A DNA stretch of 64,000 bases from Antedon mediterranea. Lineage: Eukaryota > Animalia > Echinodermata. Location: contig NC_092676.1 of the NCBI RefSeq assembly GCF_964355755.1, forward strand, positions 5,061,888 to 5,125,887, in the 5' to 3' direction. Positions within the stretch are counted from its first letter, which is position 1, and each line of letters starts with the position of its first letter. A program made the position numbers and the translations under genes. Shown here in pieces: positions 36,201-49,200 of the stretch. The notes under the pieces are model-generated. The model had not been told where the DNA came from and did no database searches. It was given only the letters and a program-made list of their open reading frames with translations.

Positions 36201-38717
36201 AATTTGTAATGTAATATCCTCCAGTTGATACCACACAATACAACACTAAGCACCGTGTCACCAATGGTAGAAGGATGTTTAAGCCCAGGGACTTTGCAAC
36301 CCAGAGGCGATTTGAGTCCAAATAAATAACGTTAGAGGAGAGTATGTTTGCGAACAATTTATTGTTTGTTTTATCGGGGGGGGGGGGGGGGGTTCAAACT
36401 TAAAGCCATTATGACTTATTGCCTCCACTCAATCAAATGTTTTATGATTATTTATAAGTACAAATGTATATATAGTGTAATATGTTGTGTTGATATTACG
36501 ATACGTCCCTAGGGTGAAACGTATCTGAAAATAACTATAATTTATATATTGTATGATTTTCTTTTCAGAATAGTAATTGAAGAAATTTTAAAAGTGAACA
36601 AAAAGTTAAAACGCAGATTACCTGATAATTTTCAAGATTTGGGACCAGTTGAAAAGGTTAAAAAATTTGTTTTAATTTTGGTTTAATACTTTAAGTAAGA
36701 GCACACTTTTTTTTTTTTTTTTTTTTAATTCTCATTTTAGGCAATTGCCAAGGATTACCACAAGTGAATTCATTCACTATCCTTCTCAAAGGTGGCAATC
36801 CCATTCAGAAGACAAACATATACACAAGATGCTCTACATAAACAAAGACTTATTATTAAGTCTTTGGGAGTGGAGTTGTAATTGTAAACACTTTACCTTA
36901 ATACTACTGAGAAATTGTGTTTTCAATATATTTCCATCTCTCAAAAGCTCTGTCTACACTGTCAAACTAGTTTGACAAAAAAAGTGTGATGTGCCCAAAG
37001 GACATGATAATGTCATATCACTACCATGTTGGGCACATCACACTTTTTCTCTAAAGCCTTCTACATTAAAATAAACTAAAATTATACATTATTAAAGTAA
37101 AGTTTTTACCAATACAATGATTAAAGATGTATTGTCTCCTAAAAACATGAATAATGAAGGTTAATAAAAAAAACTTTTAATAGATCATTTTGCAGTTTAA
37201 TAAAGGTAATCACTTTTGCAAAAAAAAAATGTCACTTATAAAAAACAAATAAACAGTTAAATTCAACCATAAACCCATTGACTTCCAGTCAATTTAACTA
37301 TTTTTTGCTTTAAATTACAGTTTCTTCAGGTAAATAATTTTTGTTTTGTATCCAATTGAATAACTATTATGTTCCCACCATATTGATCGAAACGTCTAGA
37401 AACACAACAATTCTTTTCAGAACTAATATGCGTGGTGTACTGCAAACATTGACATTAAAATGGCGTATTCAACCAAAAAAATTTTAAAAATTAATTTTTC
37501 AGGGGTGACAATATATCTTTAAATCCAACTTATTGGCAGAGGCCCACAGTACCTGTATATAATATAAATACATATTTATATTTTCACAACTTGAGACAAC
37601 CAAGGCTGTTGATTTAAACCTTGGTTTTTATTATGTAATAGGATAAGTAATACCATGAAATAATTCTATTATTAGTATTAATAAAACAAAGCAATGTCAG
37701 ATACTGTACATGACCCTGAAGTGTATTACAATAACAGAAAATAATTTGGGGTGTGTTACATAAACAAATTTATTTATTTGAGTTTATGTTAAAAAACATT
37801 TCTATTGCTTGTTTGCTTGCATAAAAATTGGTTTATCCACATCAAAATTCTTTTAAAATGAATTTTAGGGCTTGTGATTATTTTTTTTTTTTTTTTTTTA
37901 TTACTATTTGCTGTAACAAAGTATAAGTCTATAAATTCAATCAATTTTGTTGTATTATTTTATATTTAATACAATGGATAGCTGTCTCATTTGAGTTACA
38001 TCAGTGTTCTTTGCACGGTTGGGACGTATGCGCAACTTAATAATTAATGTAACCAATCACAAGCAACAGTTCAGGTAGTTCTTTGTTTCTGATTGGTCAG
38101 ATTGCATTTGTTGCATCTACGTCCTTGCGTTGTGTTCTAGTGTAACCACTCTTTCAGCTACCCCTTCCCAGCCTTTGTTGCATCTACGTCCTTGCGTTGT
38201 GTTCTAGTGTAACCACTCTTTCAGCTACCCCTTCCCAGCCTTTGTTGCATCTACGTCCTTGCGTTGTGTTCTAGTGTAACCACTCTTTCAGCTACCCCTT
38301 CCCAGCCTTTGTTGCATCTACGTCCTTGCGTTGTGTTCTAGTGTAACCACTCTTTCAGCTACCCCTTCCCAGCCTTTGTTGCATCTACGTCCTTGCGTTG
38401 TGTTCTAGTGTAACCACTCTTTCAGCTACCCCTTCCCAGCCTTTGTTGCATCTACGTCCTTGCGTTGTGTTCTAGTGTAACCACTCTTTCAGCTACCCCT
38501 TCCCAGCCTTTTCTATTTATATATCTGTTTTTTATTTTTTTGTAATTATGCTGGTCGAATAAACAAAACAAAAATAATACATGATACATTATTTATTATA
38601 ATTATAATATTTTTGTTGTAGGTTTCCACGTTGATGCGTTTGATGCCAAAAGATATTTTAAAAAGAGGACGTGAAGTGAATGATCAAGCAGTGCATGAGA
38701 TCAATAAAATAACGTAA
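30232..38717 (+). CDS. Membrane-anchored JmjC (cupin-like, JMJD6/JMJD4/JMJD8-related) 2-oxoglutarate/Fe(II) oxygenase, ~407 aa
   Basis: 8 in-frame exons: 30232-30581, 32491-32599, 33325-33474, 34079-34184, 34330-34471, 35644-35826, 36569-36656, 38622-38717 (1224 nt). Motifs: WPVLITDVMQRWPAINW, SSLHIDPYNWTGTNAVFMGLKKWKLY, QHPGEMLIIPTGWFHQAYN. Hydrophobic segment YIYLVCITFVLIFTALYF near residues 44-61. Confidence 0.92.
30731..31040. mobile_element. TTAA-flanked ~340-bp MITE (Kolobok-like), degenerate copy
   Basis: ttaa|agatg...ggggacaatgcatct|ttaa; same family as 37125, 41005 and 62445. Confidence 0.75.
31201..31705. mobile_element. ~500-bp MITE, second copy
   Basis: Near-identical along its length to 14420-14918; TA on both sides. 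Confidence 0.9.
35829..36186. repeat. 22-bp tandem repeat (ggtaaatgtgcataggattatg) starting at the JmjC exon-6 donor
   Basis: About 15 copies directly after GA|GTAAGT at 35826. Confidence 0.92.
37125..37518. mobile_element. TTAA-flanked MITE (Kolobok-like)
   Basis: ttaa|agatgtattgtctcc ... ggggtgacaatatatct|ttaa. Confidence 0.78.
38107..38508. repeat. 67-bp tandem repeat x6, apparently identical copies
   Basis: Unit tttgttgcatctacgtccttgcgttgtgttctagtgtaaccactctttcagctaccccttcccagcc at 38107, 38174, 38241, 38308, 38375 and 38442. Confidence 0.95.
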
Positions 38718-41004
38718 AATCATGTTGGCTGTCAAAAAACGCCAAGTACCCCATTCACACTGTCTGTATAAAATTCCTTTTTTTTTTTATTTACACAGAG
38801 GGCGCCTTACAAGATGGAACCACCTCATCTTCAAGGCGCCTCAGATTAACAAATACAACATTTTAAAACAAAAAACCAACAGAAACATCAATCAAATCTT
38901 CCTGAATTAACAAGAAATTGTTGTACATAATAAAACAATAAAGCATTTTCACAATTCGAAAGAAGATCGGAACCAAAAATAAAAATTTCACTCAAACATT
39001 TAAAATTATACGTTAAAGAATCCTTGGCTAAGATATCCTCAATAATTGAGCAACATCATAATTACAGAGGCTGCCTGTACAGGTATTTATATCTAGGCTT
39101 TCCAACCTGAAACCACTCCGTGTCGGTTTTCAAATGTAGTTTAAAACATTCCCAGATACATTCCTGGTCATTTTGAAACCCCATTAAACCCAACTGCCCT
39201 TCCAAATATAGTTCCCAGTTGTTCTATTTTGATACCCCAATATCCCCCTGCTCTTCCTCCACTTTTTGCTCTTCACCCGGAGATTTTTTTTAAATGTTTC
39301 CCAGTACAATTCTAGCCATTTTCATGCCATAATTATGGATGCGTGCAATAAAAAAAATGTGTATAACAAGCAAACATCTTCCAACAAGTGGAGAAAAGTA
39401 GAGAAAAATTCAGACCCCATTTTGGCCGCTATATTGCATACAAGATAATGTTCAAATTTTATATAAACATTCCGAGTACAATTGCGGTCATGTTGATACC
39501 CTGTGTGTGTGGATGTGTGCAGTAGGAAAATTAACGAGCAAGTGTACTAATTACTCTCTTATAATAGATAATGACTACAACTAAATTTTACCATCAATTT
39601 AAAATGAAAGTTACAGAAATGCTGAAATAATGTCCTCGCTTTTGGCAATTTTGTAACATGATGACTTGCATTAGAAGGTATTTACACTTTGTCCATCATC
39701 ATTGGTGATACAGCATCATATGTGATCCTGTATGATAGATTCATATGCTAACCATAACCCAACCTTTAATGGTAAAATGATAAAACATGTGATACATATG
39801 TGAAGCTGTATTACCGTATTTGCATATGATACGGAGAACTGTAATACAGTTGTCAAATTTATAAGCATACTTTAAAGACCTTCGGTACCTAACCATGAAT
39901 TCTATTTAATTTATTTTAATTGTACTTGACATTAACTGTTATTTCATTATTTGATGGTACCAGTCTCCACATTCAAGGCAAATCTTTCTTAGCTCTTGCG
40001 AATGTGTTAAGTAGCGAATTACAAATCAGGCAGTATCAAAACAAAACAGTAATTTTGGGAAGCGTTATATCAATGTCAAATATAATTGGGTATCATAAAT
40101 TATAACTTTATAAGTTTTCCATATTTTAATTGCATTATGGGAAGGTAATCGCTATATTAATATCGCATATAAATCGGGTATCATAAATTTATAAGTTTTC
40201 CATATTTTAATTGCATTATGGGAAGGTAAGCGCTATATTAATGTCGCATATAAATCGGGTATCATAAATTATAACTTTATATATTTTAATGGCGTTATAG
40301 TATTTAATACAAACTCCAGACAAGCTAATGGATATACGATACGACATATAGTCATACTTTATATTTATGAACAATTTTGGCGGCAATAGCACCTCATGAA
40401 TGGTTGACGTAAACTACACTAGTCATAGCAAATGCTTTGAAGCAGAAAGTTTTTTAAGAACGGTGCATTATGATATAATATACATTTGTTTAAATATGTG
40501 TCCTTAATTGAAATTAGGATAAAAGCTAAATATTTATGAACAAAATTTCTTTAAATCCAGACCGCTTGCAGGGTCTAAGGTTTCTATTTGAGAGAAGTTA
40601 AATTTACATACAGGTTTGTGTTTATCAGTGTGAATTATATTTTATTTAAATTATATACATTGTATTATTTAGTTGTATTGCAATTTTTAATTCATTACAG
40701 ATTTGTTTGTAAAGGCGTTTTATTATAGCCTACTGTAGTTTAGATTATATGTGTTTACTGGTATTTAATATTATCACTGTAGGCGGTGTACCTTTATCAT
40801 TGTCACAAAAGTAAAGTGTATTCATCAGTAAAGTAAAGCCCGTTTTGCATTAGTCGAATTTATTCACGGGAATCGAAAGCGTTTACTAATGCGCATGCGT
40901 ATTATTTTTATCTACGTGTGACGCCGCGAGAACAAAAATGCGCAACCATAAATTAAAACTCAAGAATATTCCATTTGTGCGAATATTTTCGAAAATTGTC
41001 TTAA

Positions 41005-41345
41005 AGATGTATTGTCCCCATGAAACATTTTTTTTTTACAATTGTTGTTGAATATGCCATTTTAATGTCACATAATAGTTATCCACTTTCAACAAAAATT
41101 AGATCGAATAAAATGTTATTTTTACCTGAAAAAAAGTGTAATTTAAAGCACAAAAAAAAGTCAAATTGGCTGCCTGCCAATGGGTTTTTGGTTGAATTTA
41201 ACCATTTATTTTGTCATTTTATATGACATTATTTTTTCTCTTTTTTTAACGGAAGGGATTAACTTTATCAAAACTACAAAATAACTTATTCAAAGTCTGA
41301 TTTAATTAATCTTCATTTTTCATGTTTTTGGGGGACAATACATCT
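41005..41345. mobile_element. TTAA-flanked MITE (Kolobok-like) inside an older inverted-repeat element (~40835-41500)
   Basis: ttaa|agatgtattgtcccc ... ggggacaatacatct|ttaa; internally in opposite orientation to the 62445 copy. Confidence 0.85.
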
Positions 41346-43289
41346 TTAAAGTTAGGTACACGATGTGTAAAGCCTACTCACTTGCGCTAGGTGAATTTGT
41401 TTATACGCATGCGTAGAGAGGGATTTAGGAGATGGAAACATAAATACACATGCGTATAAGCTGACGCTTTCGATCGATTCGTCTAGTGGAAAATCGGTTT
41501 GAAGGAATAAAGTAACGTTTGGTTTTGATTATTATGTACAACCGTCATCTAGAGTAGCCCGATTGCTAAACAAGTAAAGTTTAGGAATTCCTTGCGTGAC
41601 AGGGTCTTTCACACCTGGTCCGGCTCCGGCAAATAAAATCAAACCTCAATGTTTCGTTTTCACGACACAGACGGTTGTACACAACAACCAAAGTGTCGAC
41701 TTTATGACTTTCTCAAGTTCTAACTTTACTTTATTTCATGTTGTGTAGTACCGCTGAATTTATAAAAATTCTTTTCTTAACATGCCTACGTATAAATTTG
41801 ATTCATTATGTCAATATATAGTTTTTATCCATATTTTATTCTAGCATAAAATGCTTCATATTTCTTTTAATATTTTCAAATCTTTCCAAAATTATTGAAT
41901 TCAATGTTGCTTTATTAAATAGAGAAACAATTGTGTATTAAGAATTACAAATTTAAAAATATACTTTATATCTTAGTATGCAATATATAAGAGTTTATTG
42001 ACACTTTTGCAATTTTTATCAGGTTGTAGGTTTAGATAAGATTATTGTTGAAGTTTTTATAGAAGTTTCAAAATATTTATATAATATCTATATTTGAAAT
42101 ATATTAGAATTTTATCATGTTGTTTCAATGTCACGGAGAGACGAAATGTTTACGCATGCGCATACAAAAGCCAGATATTATCAATGTTTTTCAATGTGTA
42201 CCAGGCGCGTAAAAGTATGTCATTTTGTGATGTTTTTAGACTTAATAAAGCATAAAACATTTACTTATTTTAGGTTTCAACGAAATATCTCTTTCTTGCA
42301 CGAATATTGAAATAAAATCATTTTTAATTGAATTTCTTTTTTTATATATAACCACGATTACTAAATTAGAGCGAGTTGTTTAATACTACAGTACAAGATG
42401 AAAATTACTGTAAACTGTATTGTTCGGTCCGTTTGATGTTTGAAAGCAATTTATCCCTTTTGTGCGCCTAGTAGTATCTTGAAGAAGATACGGTGATGGA
42501 GTATTAATTGTCCTTCAAGCAACCTTCAGTGTTGTTCATACACAAAACTCAAAGTTTTGCAAAATAACAAGATGAGTTTTTGCCAGTGTAAACCAGTTCA
42601 GCAAACTGCAGAAAACCAGTTTTAACTAGATAAAACTAGCAGAAGTTAAGCCATGCACCTTCTTGGCAGACTTGTTTGTTGTGAGGTTTTTGAACTCAGC
42701 AAATTAAATAACCATCTTTGTAGTCATGTTATTCTGCAGATTTGGTAGTGTAGACAGGCACCACCGCAAACTTGTCCAATTACTGTCAAGTTCAAAGTTT
42801 CCAAACAAAAGTTTATAGAAACATGGACGAGTATACACAACGGACTTGAGTTAGATATATCCAACTGTTATTTCTATTCCTTAATATGACGATTATCCGT
42901 TGGTTACTTCGGAGGCTATATATTAATTTGGTATATTTGTGTATGTTAATACTTTGAGTGAGTCTTTTTATCAAACACTGTTAGCCTTGTTTACATAAAA
43001 ACAACACGGTACAATGTTGACGTTTGTTGTCCTTGTATATATTATAATTGATTTGGATTACATTATTTATATAAAAAAATTGTTTACGAGAGAGTTACGT
43101 AATAAAAGTATATTAAATTGATGCACGCTATAAACCAACTGCAAGGTTATACCGGGCGAATTAACATTGTTAGCGCATGCGTAGTTTGATTTATATAATC
43201 CCCACTGCCCGGCTAAATCGAAGGTAGGCCTACATGTCGCGCAAAGTTAAGCTTGCTAGTCCCATTCTCACTCTGAGGTTCGAAGCATC

Positions 43290-46200
43290 ATGAGGTGTCT
43301 GGTAGCCGTATGCCTGGCGCTTTTTACGCTAGAGGTTTCTTCTTTGCGATGTCCAACAAATTGGAAATTGTTTGAAAACAACTGCTACATGTACAGTACT
43401 CGGGAGTTGAAGAAAACCTTTTGGGATGCTTCTGAATATTGTCAAGCGCAACAGTTTACTGCCAGCGACGGGTAAGATTTACATCAAGTTTTGTTGGTTT
43501 TAATTTTAGGGGTTTTCCGTAATAATTCGAGACGCTCCTTGTCATGTTAGTAAGGTAGTAGCCTACTTAAGTCGTCTTTAACGATGAAAATCGCCTTGGT
43601 CTTTATAATTATTGACAGAAAAAAAGCTTTTACAACTGCAATAATGATGGTTATGTTATAGTAATTATTTCTCCCAATTAGAATTGAATCCTCCAGCGAA
43701 TTGACATCAGTTCACAGCTCCTCTGAAAACGCATTCTTGTTTTCGTTGGAGCCTTCAAAGACCTTCTATATTGGAATGTATCGTGAGAGCAAAAATGATG
43801 ACTTCAAATGGCTTGATGGCACAAAGAAGGATTATGTGAGTTGGGCGCCAAACCAACCAGATTCAAATTCACAACACGTGGCAGTTATGTGGGATTATAC
43901 TAAAACACTCTGGGATAATCAAGCAGACACAACTTCACTGTCGTTTGTGTGCAAGACTGGCGCGGACAAATGTCTCCAGTCGGTTGGTGAAGGTATGTAG
44001 GCCTACAAAGATTCTCTTATTGTCAAAATACGTAAATATGTAAAATTCGTACACTTCCCCCGAAACATAGGAACTGAAGCGGATTGGATATCAACACTAC
44101 AATAATGTTCTGTTGTGTTTCCTTTGAAGGTAATGGCTGTAGAAGAGGTTGGCCAATTAAAGATCGTGGCAATCCTGACAGCAGTGGCTGGACAATGGTA
44201 TCTCCAGATCAAATGTTCTCCTGTAGTGGTCAAGTTACGAAGTGGACATATTACTCCAAAAGTACTGCATCGTTCAGAGCTATAGTATTTAGGCAGATAG
44301 ATGGTTCTGAAACCGAATTTGAAATTGTCGGTATCAATGACATCCCGTCCAGTAAATCTGACACAGAGGTCACTTACATAGTACCTGAAAGTGAACGCAT
44401 TACAGTTGAGCCAGGGGATGTGATTGGATGGTCATTTGGAGAAAGCGTTATAACCTACAATATTGCAGGAGATGTAAAGGTCCGTTGGGTTGGAGGCAGT
44501 TTGTATGCAGGCTTGACAACTGGCCAGACAATTGACATTAATACTGGTGTTGACGGTCGAGAGTACTCCATCGAAGCACAAGTCGGTGATGAAAATGGTA
44601 GGAAGTTGTTTTTTTTAAAATAATATAGTATAACATTTTTCCTTTCCAACATCCTCATATCTCTTTATTGTTGCATCAATGTGCTTCTTTCTGATTATTC
44701 AGAGGGAAAATTATTGTGATGATTTGCAATTATGACAAACTCATTCCTGGATATGTTTGGTCAGATCGTGGATGAAGTAGAAGGAACCTCCATGGTCAGA
44801 TGTTTTGCCCAGCTTTGATTTAATTGTACTTGTACTGAGGAAACACTTTTAAAACAAATTCTCGCGAATTATACTTCCAAATTGTTTTACAACTGTGTAC
44901 AGTACAATTCAGAGTAAGGTAGATTAAAGACTCTCTGGCGCCGCGAGCTACTGGATAAGATTCTATCCAGGCTGGCAGTATTTGATATAAAGTTTGCGGT
45001 ACATCACGTGTAGTTCTGAAAAGAACTGTTGACTTTCTCTAACTTGATATTCTTTTTAGTCTTTTTATGCAGAGTCGATGAAGACTGTGTCAAAGGAACG
45101 TGTAACGCCAATGGAAATTGCGTCTGTCCTTCAGACTACTCCTGTGTTGATTGTTCTCTCTATGACGGTGAGTTACTGTTAAGCACTAGTTTTCAACGTA
45201 ACGTTTTCTTATAACTATCTTAAGCTTGGTTCCCACTAGCGACGCAACCTACGCAACATAAGCCCTTCCAATAACTGTGTTTGCCCCCGTCTGCGTGAAA
45301 TCAAACTTTTCAAGAACTGTTGCGTTGTCGGTTCCCACTTGTGATTACGCAATACATCACTTTGCGTCAATACGTCGCTGCGTTGCGTTCTAGTGGAAAC
45401 GGTAACCACGCTTTAGTGGCGAGGAGTGGCAAGGTGGTTAAGGCAGTGAGAACCGTAGTGTTCGAGGCTCACTCGCTCCGTGGTTCTGGTGGTAGAACGA
45501 GTCTTCTCCACGGATACGGACTATAAACCGTAGGTCCAGTGTACACATTACCCCGGTGTACTAGTACACACACAGTCACTGTCAGGCACAGCCACTTATC
45601 TAAAGAGCCGCACGTCCTTCAGGAAACAACAGTGGCTTTCCTGTTATTGCAACTCCTGTGCCAACCAAATGAATACAAATAACATAACAAATATCAAACT
45701 TGATCTGAATCATCATCAGTAAAGATTTCTTTCCCTCTTCCAAACTCATTGATGACGATCGGACTGTCACTCAATACTTTAACAAGTGTCTTGGTATCTG
45801 TTACAGCATGCCAAAGTAATCCTTGTCAGTCAGGAGGTATATGTGTAAATAATGAGGAAGATAGGATGTATTCATGTGACTGCCCTGAGGGATTTTATGG
45901 AAGCAATTGCGAAATAATTACAGGTATGGTGCACTTTTGATTCATGTTAAAAATGCATGATACAAATTCATGTATAATATGCGATTATGTTACAAAGAAA
46001 TAAGAAACATACAGTATGGGTTTAGTTTTTTTATGTGAAGTAAGTAACAAAGAAAAATACTAGTCACCTGATTTGACTGATATTTTGGATCCATTTTATC
46101 TGTCTACACTCAAACTATGTGAATATATGATGTGCCCATGTGACATGATGATGTCATATTACTACCATATTTGGGCATAACACACTTTTTTGTCAAACTA

Positions 46201-49200
46201 GTTTGATAGTGTAGATAGAGCTTAAGAAGTTAATGAGTTTTTATTTTAAATTGAACTATAAGTCAGATCATTTAATTTAATATTATTGTTAGATGGTTGT
46301 AACAGTGCTCCATGCCAAAACACAGGAACTTGTCATCCAACAACTCAAGACCCGTTCTACGCATGCTCTTGCGTATGGCCGTGGACAAACGCAACTTGTG
46401 AAGAGTACGCTGGTAAGTTACGCGCATAAACTCATCATATTAAAAGCGTTTTAAATAATCTTTTGTGTTAGAGAATCAGCGTATAAGTCATTTTGAAATA
46501 TTTTCCCGTTTTCTAGGATGTTCAAGTAACCCTTGTTTAAATGGCGGAAGTTGCTCCAATGGAGATAGTCTGTTTACTTGTGATTGTCAAGACGGATTTT
46601 CTGGAACATTTTGTGAAATAATTGATGGTAATTCTTTATTTAAGTTAAGAAGATTTACTCCTTTTTATTCGAAATAATTGTAAATACATAACTTCTTATA
46701 TTCACTGCTAACTATACTTTTCATTTAGTTTGTCAAAACAGTCCATGTTTATCTGGTGGAACTTGTGTAAGTGAAGATGGTGGAGAATATTCTTGCGATT
46801 GTTCAACTGGTTTTTCCGGATCCAATTGTGAAATTGTTCCAGGTACGTCCAGGCTGTATTTAATATGAAATAATGGAATAATTGCGGTATATCACTAGGC
46901 GGTTTGAAGTTCCTCTATACCTGTAAATGTATAATTATAATAATAATGATAATAATTGACTACTTTATAAATTGTATAGATGAATGCAGTAACACTCCTT
47001 GTCAGAACGGAGGAACGTGTCTATCATCACCCCAGGAACCATTCTACGTATGCGCATGCACGTGGTCATGGACAGACCAAAATTGTGACGTGTACGACGG
47101 TAAGTTACGCGCGTAAACTCAAGAGATCTCTTTAATTTTGTTTTTAAAAAACGAATCCTTTCTTCTTTCATATGTTAAATAATCGGTTTATAAGTAAGTG
47201 TCTTTAATTCGTTTTCTTTTAAAATTTATTTTAAAATATTTTCCATTTTGTAGGATGCTCGAGTAACCCTTGTTTAAATGGTGGAAGTTGTTCCAATGGA
47301 GATAGTCTGTTTACTTGTGATTGTCAAGACGGATTCTCAGGATCATTTTGTGAAATAATTGATGGTAATTGTTTTATTTGTATAAGTTACGAGTGCTCAT
47401 CTTTATTCTAAATTGTAGATCCAACTGTTTGTAATTCTTGGCTATTATTTTCCTACAGTTTGTCAAAACAGTCCATGTTTATCCGGCGGAACTTGTGTAA
47501 GTAAAGATGGTGGAGAATATTCTTGCGATTGTCCAACCGGTTTTTCTGGATCCAGTTGTGAAATTGTCCCAGGTACGCCGTTATATATTATCAAATAATA
47601 ATCATTCTTTTTAAAATTGCAGTAAATTACTGTGCCGAAGTTCTTCTATGCCAGTAAATGTATATGATTATTTAAACATATAATTCATAACATTTGGCTA
47701 TCTCATTAATATAATAGATGAATGCAGTAATACTCCTTGTCAGAATTCAGGAACGTGTATATCGACAACCCAGGAACCATTCTACTTATGCGCATGCGCG
47801 TGGTCATGGACAGACGAAAATTGTGACGTGTACGACGGTAAGTTATGCGCGTAAACTCTAAGTATTTCAAACTCCAAAAGATCTCTTTCATTTTGTTTCT
47901 TAAAAACTAATCGTTTTCTTCTTTCATGTGTTAAATAATCGGTTTATAAGTCAGTTTTCTTTAATTCTTTTTCTTCTTTTTTTAAATAACCTATATTTTG
48001 ACATTTTTGTAGGTTGCTCGAGTAACCCTTGTTTAAATGGCGGAATTTGCTCCAATGGAGATAGTCTGTTTACTTGTGATTGTCAAGACGGATTCTCAGG
48101 AACATTGTGTGAAATAATTGATGGTAATTGTTTTATTTGTATACGTTACGAGTTACTCTTCTTTATTCTAAATTGTAGATCCAACTGTTTCTTCTTGGCT
48201 ATTGTTCTTATTCTTCAGTGTGTCAAAACAGCCCATGCTTGTCCGGTGGAACTTGTGTAAGTCTTGATGGTGGAGAATATTCTTGTGATTGTCCAACTGG
48301 TTTTTCTGGATCAAATTGTGAAATTGTCCCAGGTAAGTTTTTCGCAATTTAAATAGGAATATTTAAGTGTAGCTGATTGAAAAAAAAACGTTTTGGTACG
48401 GTGCCTTTACACACCAATTCATTAATTATCCTCCACACATGCGCCGTCTGCCTTTTGTAAAATGATTCTGTTCCCATGTGAATATTGTCTGTTTTATTCT
48501 TTTAAAAGTATAGAATCGATTTAGTTTTAGAATCTTTATTGAAATTGTTTCTTTAATTTAATAGATGGATGCCGTAACACTCCTTGTCAGAATTCAGGAA
48601 CATGTCATCCAACAGCGCAAGAACCGTTCTACGCATGCGCTTGCGTATGGCCATGGACAGACAAAAATTGTGACGTGTACAACGGTAAGTTACGCACAAA
48701 CATGTTTCTGTTGATATTACAAGTTACCGATGCCGTACAATTATTTGAAATCATGTTTTGACTTTTTACTAGGATGCTTGAGTAACCCTTGTTTAAATGG
48801 CGGAAGTTGTTCCAATGAAGATGGTCTGTTTACTTGTGATTGCCTAGACGGATTTTCGGGAACATTGTGTGAATTCGGAAATGTTGACGGTAAACAAAAA
48901 CCTTTACTTTTACTGCACGATGTTTCATTATTTTATGTCGCTCAAATGATGTTTTACACTCGTGCAATAGGATTGAGAAAAAATGTTCACAGAAAAGACA
49001 AGAAATGTCACTTTGACTGTACTTTGCTTTCTTTTGAGTTCATTTTATTTGTTTATATTCTTTATAATCGTTCAGTCAAAGTCAAATTCTGTTTAATTTC
49101 AGCTCTTGTTTTATCATCGCCAATACAGGAGTCTACAGTTTGGCCTACTAATCGAATTATTCCTGCAAATTTAATTGATAACAGCGGTAAGAAAAGAAAG

